A stretch of 64,000 bases of DNA from Escherichia coli (GTDB lineage Bacteria; Pseudomonadota; Gammaproteobacteria; Enterobacterales; Enterobacteriaceae), in the NCBI RefSeq assembly GCF_046105845.1, contig NZ_CP151004.1. The stretch is one strand, 5' to 3'. Under the pieces are notes generated by a model that was not told the DNA's origin, made no database searches, and saw only the letters and a program-made list of their open reading frames with translations. Positions 13,377 to 23,776 of this stretch are shown here, in pieces (position 1 is the first letter of the stretch; each line of letters starts with the position of its first letter). A program made the translations under genes and the position numbers.

Positions 13377-14066
13377 ATGAGCAACCAAGGCGAATACCCC
13401 GAAGATAATCGGGTTGGGAAGCACGAGCCGCACGATTTTAGTTTGACCCGTCGCGATCTGATTAAAGTCAGCGCCGCAACGGCGGCGACCGCCGTGGTTT
13501 ATCCTCATTCTACGCTTGCAGCAAGCGTTCCGGCAGCTACACCCGCGCCCGAGATAATGCCCCTGACACTTAAGGTGAACGGCAAAACCGAGCAGTTGGA
13601 CGTTGATACCCGAACCACGCTACTGGACGCTTTGCGTGAAAATCTGCATCTGATCGGTACCAAGAAAGGTTGCGATCACGGGCAGTGCGGAGCCTGTACC
13701 GTGCTGGTCAATGGTCGCAGGCTTAATGCCTGCCTGACGCTTGCAGTCATGCATCAGGGGGCCGAGATCACCACCATTGAAGGCCTGGGTTCACCAGAGA
13801 ATCTTCACCCCATGCAGGCGGCCTTTATCAAGCATGATGGCTTCCAGTGCGGCTACTGCACCTCCGGGCAAATTTGCTCATCAGTAGCGGTGCTAAAAGA
13901 GATTCAGGACGGCATTCCCAGTCACGTCACGGTCGATTTGGTTTCCCCTCCAGAAAGAACTGCCGATGAGATCCGTGAACGTATGAGCGGCAACATCTGT
14001 CGCTGTGGTGCATACGCTAACATCCTTGCCGCCATTGAAGATGCTGCGGGGGAGATAAAATCATGA
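13377..14066 (+). CDS. paoA: periplasmic aldehyde oxidoreductase, [2Fe-2S] subunit with Tat signal
   Basis: 229 aa; twin-arginine motif TRRDLIK; ferredoxin-type cysteine clusters ([24 protein letters not shown]). Confidence 0.9.
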   Translation: MSNQGEYPEDNRVGKHEPHDFSLTRRDLIKVSAATAATAVVYPHSTLAASVPAATPAPEIMPLTLKVNGKTEQLDVDTRTTLLDALRENLHLIGTKKGCDHGQCGACTVLVNGRRLNACLTLAVMHQGAEITTIEGLGSPENLHPMQAAFIKHDGFQCGYCTSGQICSSVAVLKEIQDGIPSHVTVDLVSPPERTADEIRERMSGNICRCGAYANILAAIEDAAGEIKS

Positions 14067-15019
14067 AGGCGTTTACCTATGAACGAGTGAACACCCCGGC
14101 CGAGGCGGCACTTAGCGCTCAGCGCGTACCCGGCGCAAAATTTATCGCTGGCGGGACCAATCTGCTGGACCTGATGAAGCTGGAAATTGAAACGCCCACC
14201 CACCTTATCGATGTGAACGGCCTCGGGCTCGATAAGATTGAAGTGACCGACGCGGGTGGGCTGCGCATCGGCGCACTGGTACGGAACACCGACCTGGCGG
14301 CTCACGAGCGCGTGCGTCGTGATTACGCGGTACTCTCCCGCGCCCTGCTCGCTGGCGCGTCTGGTCAGTTACGTAATCAGGCAACCACCGCAGGTAATCT
14401 GCTCCAGCGCACGCGCTGCCCCTATTTTTACGACACCAATCAGCCCTGCAATAAGCGCCTGCCCGGGAGCGGCTGCGCGGCACTTGAAGGCTTTAGCCGT
14501 CAGCACGCGGTGGTAGGCGTAAGCGAAGCCTGCATTGCCACCCATCCGAGCGATATGGCGGTCGCAATGCGGTTGCTGGATGCGGTAGTGGAAACCATCA
14601 CGCCGGAGGGAAAGACTCGCAGTATCACACTGGCTGATTTTTATCACCCACCGGGGAAAACGCCGCACATTGAAACCGCCCTGCTTCCCGGTGAGCTTAT
14701 CGTTGCGGTGACGTTACCTCCGCCGCTCGGCGGAAAACATATCTACCGCAAGGTGCGCGATCGCGCCTCCTACGCCTTTGCTCTGGTGTCGGTCGCGGCG
14801 ATTATCCAGCCAGACGGCAGCGGGCGCGTCGCACTGGGCGGAGTAGCTCATAAGCCCTGGCGCATTGAGGCTGCGGATGCTCAGCTATCCCAGGGGGCGC
14901 AGGCCGTGTATGACGCGCTGTTCGCCAGCGCCCATCCCACCGCTGAAAACACCTTTAAACTCCTGTTGGCGAAGCGAACGCTTGCCTCCGTACTGGCTGA
15001 AGCGAGGGCACAGGCATGA
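14063..15019 (+). CDS. paoB: aldehyde oxidoreductase FAD-binding subunit
   Basis: 318 aa; start overlaps the paoA stop (ATGA coupling); CO-dehydrogenase flavoprotein-like. Confidence 0.9.
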   Translation: MKAFTYERVNTPAEAALSAQRVPGAKFIAGGTNLLDLMKLEIETPTHLIDVNGLGLDKIEVTDAGGLRIGALVRNTDLAAHERVRRDYAVLSRALLAGASGQLRNQATTAGNLLQRTRCPYFYDTNQPCNKRLPGSGCAALEGFSRQHAVVGVSEACIATHPSDMAVAMRLLDAVVETITPEGKTRSITLADFYHPPGKTPHIETALLPGELIVAVTLPPPLGGKHIYRKVRDRASYAFALVSVAAIIQPDGSGRVALGGVAHKPWRIEAADAQLSQGAQAVYDALFASAHPTAENTFKLLLAKRTLASVLAEARAQA

Positions 15020-17214
15020 AATTTGATAAACCCGCAGGGGAAAACCCGATCGATCAGCTGAAGGTTGTCGGTCGTCCCCATGACCGCATCGACGGACCGC
15101 TGAAAACTACTGGCACGGCACGCTACGCCTACGAATGGTATGAAGAAGCTCCCAACGCCGCCTATGGTTATATCGTCGGTTCCGCCATTGCCAAAGGATC
15201 CCTCACCGCCCTCGATACGGACGCCGCGCAAAAAGCGCCGGGCGTACTGGCTGTCATTACCGCCAGTAACGCCGGGGCACTCGGCAAAGGCGACAAAAAC
15301 ACCGCCAGGCTGTTAGGCGGCCCCACTATTGAGCACTATCATCAGGCCATTGCGCTGGTAGTGGCTGAGACCTTCGAACAGGCGCGAGCGGCGGCCTCGC
15401 TGGTGCAGGCGCACTATCGCCGTAATAAAGGAGCTTACTCCCTGGCGGACGAGAAACAGGCCGTCAGTCAGCCGCCGGAAGACACGCCCGATAAAAATGT
15501 TGGTGACTTTGACGGGGCTTTCACCTCCGCTGCGGTGAAGATTGATGCTACCTACACGACCCCGGACCAGAGCCATATGGCGATGGAGCCGCATGCCTCG
15601 ATGGCCGTCTGGGATGGAAATAAGCTTACTCTCTGGACCTCAAATCAGATGATTGACTGGTGCCGCACCGATCTGGCAAAAACGCTGAAAGTGCCCGTGG
15701 AGAATGTGCGTATTATCTCCCCGTATATCGGCGGAGGGTTTGGCGGCAAGCTGTTCCTGAGAAGCGATGCGCTGCTGGCGGCCCTCGCCGCCCGTGCGGT
15801 GAAACGTCCGGTTAAAGTGATGCTCCCCCGCCCCACTATTCCCAATAACACCACGCACCGCCCCGCCACCCTTCAGCACTTGCGTATCGGTACTGACCAG
15901 AGCGGGAAAATCACCGCTATCTCACATGAAAGCTGGTCCGGAAACCTGCCCGGCGGCACGCCGGAAACGGCGGTACAGCAAAGCGAATTACTCTACGCCG
16001 GAGTGAGTCGTCATACCGGCCTGCGGCTCGCCACGCTTGATTTGCCGGAAGGGAACGCCATGCGTGCGCCCGGCGAAGCCCCCGGTCTGATGGCGCTCGA
16101 AATCGCGATCGATGAACTGGCGGAAAAAGCGGGCATCGATCCCGTCGAGTTTCGCATCCTGAATGACACTCAGGTTGACCCCGCCGACCCGACGCGCCGC
16201 TTCTCTCGCCGTCAGCTTATCGAGTGCTTGCGCACCGGAGCGGATAAATTTGGCTGGAAGCAGCGCAACGCCACACCCGGACAGGTGCGCGACGGGGAGT
16301 GGCTAGTCGGCCACGGCGTCGCAGCGGGCTTTCGCAATAATCTGCTGGAAAAATCGGGTGCGCGGGTTCATCTCGAACAAAACGGCACCGTTACCGTGGA
16401 AACGGACATGACCGATATTGGCACTGGCAGCTACACCATTCTGGCCCAGACGGCAGCGGAAATGCTTGGCGTACCGCTGGAGCAGGTTGCGGTTCACCTC
16501 GGCGATTCCAGTTTCCCGGTTTCTGCGGGGTCTGGTGGACAATGGGGCGCGAATACCTCCACCTCCGGCGTTTACGCCGCCTGTGTGAAGCTTCGCGAAA
16601 TGATTGCCTCGGCAGTCGGGTTTGATCCTGAGCAGTCGCAGTTTGCCGACGGCAAGATTACCAACGGTACCCGAAGCGCCATGCTACATGAGGCCACCGC
16701 AGGCGGCAGACTGACAGCGGAAGAAAGCATTGAATTCGGAACACTGAGCAAGGAGTACCAGCAGTCGACCTTTGCCGGGCATTTTGTGGAGGTCGGCGTG
16801 CATAGCGCGACGGGAGAAGTTCGGGTCCGGCGTATGCTCGCTGTGTGTGCTGCAGGACGCATCCTGAATCCGAAAACTGCACGCAGCCAGGTCATTGGCG
16901 CAATGACTATGGGCATGGGCGCGGCACTGATGGAGGAGCTGGCGGTGGATAACCGTTTGGGCTACTTCGTTAATCACGATATGGCGGGGTATGAGGTTCC
17001 GGTCCATGCGGATATCCCAAAACAGGAGGTGATTTTCCTGGATGATACCGACCCCATATCCTCCCCGATGAAGGCCAAAGGTGTCGGTGAGCTGGGCCTG
17101 TGCGGCGTGAGCGCGGCTATCGCCAACGCGGTGTATAACGCCACCGGTATTCGGGTACGGGATTATCCCATCACTCTGGATAAGCTGCTCGATAAGCTGC
17201 CGGATGTGGTTTAA
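15016..17214 (+). CDS. paoC: aldehyde oxidoreductase molybdopterin-binding catalytic subunit
   Basis: 732 aa; xanthine-dehydrogenase-family large subunit; start overlaps the paoB stop. Confidence 0.9.
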   Translation: MKFDKPAGENPIDQLKVVGRPHDRIDGPLKTTGTARYAYEWYEEAPNAAYGYIVGSAIAKGSLTALDTDAAQKAPGVLAVITASNAGALGKGDKNTARLLGGPTIEHYHQAIALVVAETFEQARAAASLVQAHYRRNKGAYSLADEKQAVSQPPEDTPDKNVGDFDGAFTSAAVKIDATYTTPDQSHMAMEPHASMAVWDGNKLTLWTSNQMIDWCRTDLAKTLKVPVENVRIISPYIGGGFGGKLFLRSDALLAALAARAVKRPVKVMLPRPTIPNNTTHRPATLQHLRIGTDQSGKITAISHESWSGNLPGGTPETAVQQSELLYAGVSRHTGLRLATLDLPEGNAMRAPGEAPGLMALEIAIDELAEKAGIDPVEFRILNDTQVDPADPTRRFSRRQLIECLRTGADKFGWKQRNATPGQVRDGEWLVGHGVAAGFRNNLLEKSGARVHLEQNGTVTVETDMTDIGTGSYTILAQTAAEMLGVPLEQVAVHLGDSSFPVSAGSGGQWGANTSTSGVYAACVKLREMIASAVGFDPEQSQFADGKITNGTRSAMLHEATAGGRLTAEESIEFGTLSKEYQQSTFAGHFVEVGVHSATGEVRVRRMLAVCAAGRILNPKTARSQVIGAMTMGMGAALMEELAVDNRLGYFVNHDMAGYEVPVHADIPKQEVIFLDDTDPISSPMKAKGVGELGLCGVSAAIANAVYNATGIRVRDYPITLDKLLDKLPDVV

Positions 17215-17223
17215 GGAGGAACA

Positions 17224-18180
17224 ATGTCATACCCACTTTTTGACAAAGACGAGCACTGGCATAAGCCAGAGCAGGCGTTTCTCACCGATGACCACCAGGC
17301 CATTCTGCGCTTCGCCGTAGAGGCGCTAATGTCCGGTAAAGGAGCGGTGCTGGTGACGCTGGTGGAAATACGCGGCGGCGCGGCGCGCCCGCTCGGGGCG
17401 CAGATGGTGGTGCGCGAAGATGGCCGTTACTGCGGTTTTGTCTCTGGCGGCTGCGTGGAGGCCGCTGCCGCTTTTGAAGCGCTGGAGGTGATGGGCTCAG
17501 GCCGCGATCGCGAAGTTCGCTATGGCGAAGGTTCACCGTGGTTTGACATCGTTCTGCCCTGCGGCGGTGGGATCACGCTGACGCTCCATAAACTACGCTC
17601 GGCACAGCCTCTGCTCGCCGTGCTGAACCGCCTGGAACAGAGAAAACCGGCGGGTCTGCGCTACGATCCGCAAGCTCAATCGCTGGTGTGCCTGCCCACG
17701 CAAACCCGGACGGGCTGGAATCTCAATGGCTTTGAGGTGGGGTTCAGGCCATGCGTCAGGCTGATGATTTACGGACGTTCTCTTGAGGCGCAGGCAACCG
17801 CGAGTCTTGCAGCAGCCACAGGCTATGACAGCCATATCTTCGATCTTTTTCCGGCCTCAGCCAGCGCTCAGATCGATACCGATACGGCGGTCATTTTGCT
17901 GTGCCATGATCTCAACCGGGAGCTGCCAGTGTTGCAGGCCGCGCGAGAAGCAAAACCCTTTTATCTCGGCGCATTGGGCAGCTATCGAACCCACACGTTA
18001 CGTCTGCAAAAGCTCCACGAGCTGGGATGGTCCAGGGAGGAAACAACGCAAATCCGGGCACCCGTCGGGATATTCCCCAAAGCCCGGGATGCGCATACTC
18101 TGGCACTCTCCGTGCTGGCAGAAGTCGCCTCTGTACGTCTCCATCAGGAGGAGGATTCATGCCTGCCCCCGTCGTCCTGA
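17224..18180 (+). CDS. paoD: molybdenum cofactor insertion chaperone (XdhC family)
   Basis: 318 aa immediately after paoC; XdhC/CoxI-like. Confidence 0.85.
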   Translation: MSYPLFDKDEHWHKPEQAFLTDDHQAILRFAVEALMSGKGAVLVTLVEIRGGAARPLGAQMVVREDGRYCGFVSGGCVEAAAAFEALEVMGSGRDREVRYGEGSPWFDIVLPCGGGITLTLHKLRSAQPLLAVLNRLEQRKPAGLRYDPQAQSLVCLPTQTRTGWNLNGFEVGFRPCVRLMIYGRSLEAQATASLAAATGYDSHIFDLFPASASAQIDTDTAVILLCHDLNRELPVLQAAREAKPFYLGALGSYRTHTLRLQKLHELGWSREETTQIRAPVGIFPKARDAHTLALSVLAEVASVRLHQEEDSCLPPSS

Positions 18181-18245
18181 TCCTTGCGGCCGGGCGTGGA
18201 GAGCGCTTTCTCGCCTCCGGGGGAAATACCCATAAATTAAGAGAA
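18159..18245 (+). pseudogene. 5' stub of a MobA/MocA-like molybdenum-cofactor nucleotidyltransferase gene
   Basis: RBS AGGAGGAGG then ATG at 18159 overlapping the paoD stop. First ~27 aa (MPAPVVLILAAGRGERFLASGGNTHKL) fit the N-terminal NTP-transferase motif; the frame then runs into the convergent MFS gene with no further family signal. 3' boundary approximate. Confidence 0.4.
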
Positions 18246-18359
18246 AAATCTGCAGTAGTCGTTTTAGAAAATCACCTAAATCGTTTAAAAGAGCGCCCAA
18301 CCCATAGTGGGCGCTCATCGCCTTGTGTGACTTATTCAGCAACGCGCACCCTCGCCGGA

Positions 18360-19553
18360 CTAAAGCGCACCGGCCTTCTGGCGTGCGGTAACAAAGGTCA
18401 GTACGCCAGCGCAAAGGAGCAGCACGCTACTCATAGCAAACGTGCTCTGCCAGCCAAGGCGGTCAAATACGATGCCTCCTGCTGTTGATCCAAGGGCGAT
18501 GGCGAGCTGAATCACCGCGACCATGAGCCCGCCTCCGGCTTCGGCGTTGTCAGGCAACGTACGCGCAATCCATGTCCACCATCCGGTTGGCGCGGCGGTG
18601 GCCAGCATGCCCCAGAGTCCTAACAGCAGCGAGACCGTCCAGACGTGATGCCCGGTCAGCATCAGACCGATAGCAATGACGGCCATCAGTCCGGGTATGG
18701 CCATCAGCGTGGGGTAGAATTTTCTGTTGAGAAATGCCGAAACAACCAGCGTGCCAATAAAACCGGCCACGCCGATAATCAGCAAAATCAACGACAAGCC
18801 TAAGGAATTAACCCGTGTCACCGACTCCAGAAACGGGCGCACATAGGTGAATAGTGCAAACTGCCCCATGAAAAACAGGCAGCAGGCTATCATGCCGACC
18901 ACAACCATGCGGCGGCTAAATAAGCGGAATACCGCGCCACATGAAGTGTGGCTTTTATTCGCATCCATGCTTGGCAGGCTGATGCACTGCCAGATAAAGG
19001 CGACAACCGCGATGGGCACCAGGCACAAGAAAGCGCCTCGCCATCCGACCGTAGCCCCCAGATAGCTTCCCAGCGGTGCGGCCACGACCGTCGCCAGCGC
19101 ATTACCGGCGTTGAAAATTGCCAGCGCACGCGTGACCTGATGCTGCGGCACCAGACGAATCGCCGTTGCCGCTGACATCGACCAGAATCCGCCAATAGCC
19201 ACACCAATCATCGCACGACCGACCATATACATCAGATAACTGGAAGCCAGCGCAATAATAAGCCCCGATACGGCCATCAGAACCGTCATCCCCAGCAGCA
19301 GGAACTTACGATTCATCTTTCCAGCTAGCGTTGAAAGCGTCAGGCTGGTCAGAACCGCCAGCGCGCCGGAGATAGCAATCCCCTGCCCTGCCAGCCCCTC
19401 CGTCACGCCTAAATCGCGGGTAATCGGCGTGAGCAGGCTGACGGGCATAAATTCAGAAGCAATCAGCACAAACACGCACAGGGTCATGGCAAAAATACCG
19501 CCCCAGTATGCGCGCTGATGATGAGGTGATAGTGTTTGGCTTAGTGTCGACAT
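18360..19553 (-). CDS. MFS transporter (12-TM, sugar/drug efflux-like)
   Basis: 397 aa, highly hydrophobic with repeated TM helices; hairpin GAGCGCCCA...TGGGCGCTC lies just 3' of it at about 18290-18316. Confidence 0.8.
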   Translation of the reverse strand: MSTLSQTLSPHHQRAYWGGIFAMTLCVFVLIASEFMPVSLLTPITRDLGVTEGLAGQGIAISGALAVLTSLTLSTLAGKMNRKFLLLGMTVLMAVSGLIIALASSYLMYMVGRAMIGVAIGGFWSMSAATAIRLVPQHQVTRALAIFNAGNALATVVAAPLGSYLGATVGWRGAFLCLVPIAVVAFIWQCISLPSMDANKSHTSCGAVFRLFSRRMVVVGMIACCLFFMGQFALFTYVRPFLESVTRVNSLGLSLILLIIGVAGFIGTLVVSAFLNRKFYPTLMAIPGLMAVIAIGLMLTGHHVWTVSLLLGLWGMLATAAPTGWWTWIARTLPDNAEAGGGLMVAVIQLAIALGSTAGGIVFDRLGWQSTFAMSSVLLLCAGVLTFVTARQKAGAL

Positions 19554-19628
19554 AGTGAAATTTCACAAAGATCAGGATAAAAGCCACCAGCCTATGGCCG
19601 GTGGCTTTGCATCAATTCAGGAGAGGTT

Positions 19629-20786
19629 TTATTTCAGTTTGGTCTGGAAAAATTGTTCGAACTTCGCGAAAGGTATTTTTCCGGCCACGTTATCGTACAG
19701 GTCCACGTGATTTGCCCCTGGTACCACCACCAACTCTTTGTCTTTACTGCCAACCGCCTTGTAAGCATCTTCAGCAAAATAGCGTGAATGTGCTTTCTCA
19801 CCGGTCACAATCAGCGTCGGAATGGTGATTTCACTGGCGTAGCTCAACAGCGGCATATTCATAAATGACAGCGGCATCGTTGCCGTCCACGCCCCGGTAG
19901 AGTTAACGGAACGTTCGTGGAAGCCGCGCGGCATGCGATAGTAGTCAAAGAACTCTTTCAGTACCGGATGAGGATTTGCCGGCAGCGTTTCTGGCAGAAT
20001 GCGCTCGCCAGCACTGACCTTGCCGTTGCTATCGACATTAATATCATGACCACCGTGAGCGAACGTTCCGCTCTGCGCATCCTGCCAGCGCTGTTCATTC
20101 AGATATTGCAGAACGGCACGACGGTCGGCGGTAGAATAACGGTCTTTGCCATCCCCCACACCATGACCCATCGCCCGGCTCATGTCATACATCACGCTGG
20201 TAGCTACCGCTTTAACGCGGGTATCCATCGCCACGTCGTTCAGCGCCATGCCGCCCCAGCCACAAATACCGAGCAGCCCGATACGGTTGCGATCTACCTC
20301 TTTTTGCAGCCCTAAGAAATCCACCGCCGCGCTGAAATCTTCAGTGTTGATATCCGGTGAGGCGACGTTTCGCGGATAGCCGCCGCTTTCCCCGGTGTAA
20401 GAAGGATCGAACGCCAGGGTAACAAACCCTCGTTCCGCCAGCGTCTGCGCATACAGGCCGCTGGATTGCTCTTTCACCGCGCCAAATGGCCCACTGACCG
20501 CAATCGCCGCCAGCTTGCGATCGCCACGGTCTTTAGGCAGGTAAAGATCGCCCACTAAGGTGATGCCATATCGGTTCGGGAACGAGACTTTACGGTGATC
20601 GACTTTCTGGCTCTCGGCGAACGTTTTATCCCATTTATCTGTCATGGACACAGGGGCATTAGGATTGGTTGAATCAGCATAACTCATTGTCGTGACCCCA
20701 CTTAATGATGCGAAAAGCAGCATGGTCGGCATCGCGGTTTTTAGCGTTCGGGTGAAGGCTTTCATAAAAATCCCCATAAAAAACAA
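19629..20786 (-). CDS. secreted alpha/beta-fold hydrolase (dienelactone-hydrolase-like)
   Basis: 385 aa; signal peptide (MKAFTRTLKTAMPTMLLFASLSGVTTMSYA, so the true start may be the internal Met); paralog of the partial ORF at 1..874. Confidence 0.8.
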   Translation of the reverse strand: MFFMGIFMKAFTRTLKTAMPTMLLFASLSGVTTMSYADSTNPNAPVSMTDKWDKTFAESQKVDHRKVSFPNRYGITLVGDLYLPKDRGDRKLAAIAVSGPFGAVKEQSSGLYAQTLAERGFVTLAFDPSYTGESGGYPRNVASPDINTEDFSAAVDFLGLQKEVDRNRIGLLGICGWGGMALNDVAMDTRVKAVATSVMYDMSRAMGHGVGDGKDRYSTADRRAVLQYLNEQRWQDAQSGTFAHGGHDINVDSNGKVSAGERILPETLPANPHPVLKEFFDYYRMPRGFHERSVNSTGAWTATMPLSFMNMPLLSYASEITIPTLIVTGEKAHSRYFAEDAYKAVGSKDKELVVVPGANHVDLYDNVAGKIPFAKFEQFFQTKLK

Positions 20787-20951
20787 CAGAGAGATACAGG
20801 TTTCCGACGGACAACGCTGCGGTGCTTTACTTTGATGGGGTCATTATAGTGAGCAGAATTAGTGCTGATTAGGGGGCGATTAATGCTAAGATTAATACCA
20901 TATTGTTATAAATTAATGCGGAGATTGCCGGCATGAAGGGGGGATGTTTCA

Positions 20952-21836
20952 ATGGCGAAAAGGGAGAACTACAACGAGCTGTACCTGTTTATGCAGGTGG
21001 TGCGGGAAGGCAGCTTTACCGCAGCGGCTCAGCGGCTGGGTCTTGCTCAGTCAGGAGTCAGCCGTTCTGTTCGCGAGCTTGAAGAAAGGCTCGGCGTCCA
21101 GCTGCTAGTGCGCACCACGCGTAAACTGTCGCTGACACAAGCAGGCGAGCAGCTCTACCAGAAGACGGCATCTGGATTTGAAATGTTAGATCTTGGGCTT
21201 GCCACGCTGGCGCACTATCGAGAGACGCCCTCCGGCACGGTGCGTATCAATGCCAGCCAGCACGCGATTGATAAATGCCTGCTGCCAAAGCTGGCGGTAT
21301 TTAAACAGCGATATCCTGATATCCGGCTTGAACTGATAAATGAGAGCCGGTTCGTCGATATCATCGAGGAAAGATTCGATGCAGGTGTCCGCCTGGGGCC
21401 TGAAGTCGGCCAGGGTATGGTCGCGGTACGCATCACGCCCGATATGGAGATGGCAATTGTGGGGACTCCGGAACATTTTCGTCGCTATGGTTTTCCGCAA
21501 ACCCCGGCGGATTTAAAGGCGCATCCCTGTATCGCCTATCAGTTTGCCGACGGCAGCGTATACCAGTGGGAACTCAATCAGGATGATAAAAAAATCACTC
21601 ATCGCCCTGAAGGGCAATGGGCCTTATCCGACAGCTATATGGAAGCAGAAGCCGCCCGGCTGGGCCTCGGATTGGCCTATGTTCCTGTTGAACTGGTCGC
21701 GGATGATTTAGAACACGGTAAGCTTATCAGGGTGTTGCAGCGTTACAGCCTGCGAATGGAGGGATTGTTTCTCTATTACCCTCATCGCAACGTCTCCCCC
21801 GCCCTGCGGATGGTCATTGATACATTGAAAATCTGA
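20952..21836 (+). CDS. LysR-family transcriptional regulator
   Basis: 294 aa; N-terminal HTH (FTAAAQRLGLAQSGVSRSVRELEERLGVQLL) typical of LysR; divergent from the hydrolase/MFS pair. Confidence 0.85.
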   Translation: MAKRENYNELYLFMQVVREGSFTAAAQRLGLAQSGVSRSVRELEERLGVQLLVRTTRKLSLTQAGEQLYQKTASGFEMLDLGLATLAHYRETPSGTVRINASQHAIDKCLLPKLAVFKQRYPDIRLELINESRFVDIIEERFDAGVRLGPEVGQGMVAVRITPDMEMAIVGTPEHFRRYGFPQTPADLKAHPCIAYQFADGSVYQWELNQDDKKITHRPEGQWALSDSYMEAEAARLGLGLAYVPVELVADDLEHGKLIRVLQRYSLRMEGLFLYYPHRNVSPALRMVIDTLKI

Positions 21837-22058
21837 ACGTTAATAACGACCGACTCTTCACTGTGCAACATTGTGTCAGGTAGTCCCTCTGCGTTCAATT
21901 CCAGGGTCTGCTTTGAGCGAGAAAGAGGGGACTATCCAGCAATGGAGATCACCCAAAAGAAAAAACCACCTGGCTCCCTCGACAACCTTCATCCAGGCAT
22001 TTAGCCTCAATCAACATTTTTATATCTGTCAGGTTACTTCATGATGAAAACTGATCAT

Positions 22059-22305
22059 TATCGTTGTTTTTGTTGCAATAGTAGAATACGCGTATTTATT
22101 CCTCCATCTCTATTAATAACGGCAATAAACTGTTCACTTCACTGATATTTAAAATATGTATCCTTTTCAAGCTGTTCAGCGGCGTAAGAAAAAGTATTAA
22201 TTATGAATTCGACGATTTAACCATATCTGTCTGATTGGTAATCATCCGTGATTAATGTTGGTCTATTGATTACGCCAGCATTAACCGCTTAGGGATGTAT
22301 TCTTC
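22059..22305. repeat. degenerate second copy of the ykgR/ykgO flanks with ykgM and most of ykgO missing
   Basis: 22059..22153 aligns by eye with 2775..2873 (ykgR 3' half and downstream) and 22156..22305 with 3558..3705 (ykgO 3' end and downstream), with scattered substitutions; the ~680 bp carrying ykgM/ykgO is absent between the two blocks. Confidence 0.7.
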
Positions 22306-22607
22306 CTGTTGATATCCCCCCCTCGAAAAAGAGAGAAAATAAAACTGTGTCCAATATTACTCTACCACTCCAGACCGAAGCATCGGTGGGATTAGCAGGA
22401 CGACTGGTACAGAAGGATGGTATAGCGTCATTTGTCGGGCATTCCATTGCCATAATAATGACAATTTTGAATCAATAGACATGCTTCTTGATCATGTCTT
22501 AAAAATTAGACCATGAGCCTTACGAAGCATCATTTTTACTGACTGGTATTAACTTTGCTATCATATAAACTCTGTTCTTAAAAACGCGCCCAGAATTTAT
22601 ATGATTT

Positions 22608-22748
22608 TCATTGTTTTTCTGCCTGTAAAGAAATTTCTTTTTCAGTGCTGTCGATGGTTGAACCGACGGCAGTAATCGTTTTGGCGACGCTACTGAAGGA
22701 TATTAAAGACAGTGTAACCACAACAATTAAAGAATAGATAATATTCAT
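22608..22748 (-). CDS. small hydrophobic/secreted protein (46 aa)
   Basis: ATG at 22748 preceded by AGGAGA RBS; MNIIYSLIVVVTLSLISFSSVAKTITAVGSTIDSTEKEISLQAEKQ, an N-terminal hydrophobic helix then a polar tail. The ORF track gives a longer version from 22796. Confidence 0.4.
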   Translation of the reverse strand: MNIIYSLIVVVTLSLISFSSVAKTITAVGSTIDSTEKEISLQAEKQ

Positions 22749-22963
22749 GCTAATTCTCCTGACAATTGAGAGGATGAGTTTTATATACAAAGGCATTAAA
22801 TATGAGTCATGTTTACTCCCTGTGAAAATAATCTTACTGTAATTAAACCTTCATCTCCTTCGGAGTGAGCAATGCATAATATAATGCATCTTGCTATTCA
22901 AAACAGTGGATATAAATTTTCCTCGCGACCTATTTAATAAAACGTGAATATAAAAGTTAGTCT

Positions 22964-23515
22964 TCAGTTTGCAGATGCAGTAGGTCTGATGGTAATTTCG
23001 GTTGTATCAACTGTTTCGGGAGATTCAATAATATGCCTTACAGCACGGGCAATATCCGCGGGTTGAAGTGCAACAGAACGGTAGGCGTCCATTGACTTCA
23101 TGGTTTCCACATGGGTAATGGTTGAAGCCAGTTCACTTTCTACAACCCCAGGATTTACGCAGGTCACACGGATTTTCGAGCTTTCCTGCCGTAAGCCATC
23201 CGAAATAGCCCGTACTGCAAATTTTGATGCACAATAGACTGCGCCTGTGGGCACAACAGAAAGGACACCAATAGAACCAAGATTGATTATCTGACCGGAA
23301 CCCTGTGCTTCCATCACCGGAAGTACAGCGCCAATTCCCCAAAGTACGCCTTTGATATTCACGTCAATAGTGAGTTCCCATTCATCTTGTTTTCCTGCTG
23401 CAAGCGGTGAAAGCGGCATAACGCCCGCATTATTGATAAGAACATCAACTCGCCCCCAGCTATCCAGCGCTGCTTGCACGAAATCGGCCATGGACTGCCG
23501 GTCTGTGACATCCAA
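22964..23515 (-). pseudogene. short-chain dehydrogenase/reductase (SDR), N-terminally truncated
   Basis: 183-aa ORF has the SDR core (NNAG, catalytic Y...K in VYCASKFAV) but lacks the N-terminal TGxxxGxG NAD-binding segment; its 5' end abuts the integrase remnant. Confidence 0.7.
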
Positions 23516-23519
23516 CTTG

Positions 23520-23686
23520 CATTTTCAGAAATGGGAGGCTGGGAGTCTATCGAAATGGTTCGTCGATATGCTCACCTCGCGCCTAATCACCTTACCGAAC
23601 ACGCACGGCAAATAGACTCAGTCCTGAACCCATCGGTCCCAAATTTGTCCCAGTCAAAAAATAAGAAAGGTACTAATGATGTGTAA
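23520..23686 (+). pseudogene. tyrosine-recombinase (phage integrase) C-terminal remnant
   Basis: ...[28 protein letters not shown]... matches the conserved C-terminal tyrosine-recombinase block (catalytic Y in RYAHL) and ends 14 bp from the tRNA 3' end; no upstream integrase body. 5' boundary approximate. Confidence 0.6.
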
Positions 23687-23700
23687 CTTATTGATTTAAA

Positions 23701-23776
23701 TGGTGCCGATAATAGGAGTCGAACCTACGACCTTCGCATTACGAATGCGCTGCTCTACCAACTGAGCTATATCGGC
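23701..23776 (-). tRNA. thrW: tRNA-Thr (anticodon CGU)
   Basis: The reverse complement reads GCCGATATAGCTCAGTTGGTAGAGCAGCGCATTCGTAATGCGAAGGTCGTAGGTTCGACTCCTATTATCGGCACCA: cloverleaf, CGT anticodon, CCA end; next to proA as in K-12. Confidence 0.9.

Noticed and set aside
15313-17007. Several 75-115-aa ORFs antisense to paoC (e.g. 15313..15594, 16572..16916, 16684..17007)
   Set aside because: Arg/Ala/Pro-rich shadow frames typical of GC-rich coding DNA, entirely inside a well-supported gene, with no RBS or family signal.
18027-18488. 153-aa ORF overlapping the paoD 3' end and the MFS gene
   Set aside because: Only the portion from the ATG at 18159 has any family signal (MobA/MocA-like N-terminus); the rest is antisense to the MFS gene, so it is reported as a gene stub rather than an intact CDS.
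22041-22305. Possibility that the repeated blocks are a CRISPR array or insertion sequence
   Set aside because: Only two copies ~19 kb apart, no regular spacer-repeat periodicity, no terminal inverted repeats or transposase; the similarity is to gene-flanking sequence (ykgR/ykgO).
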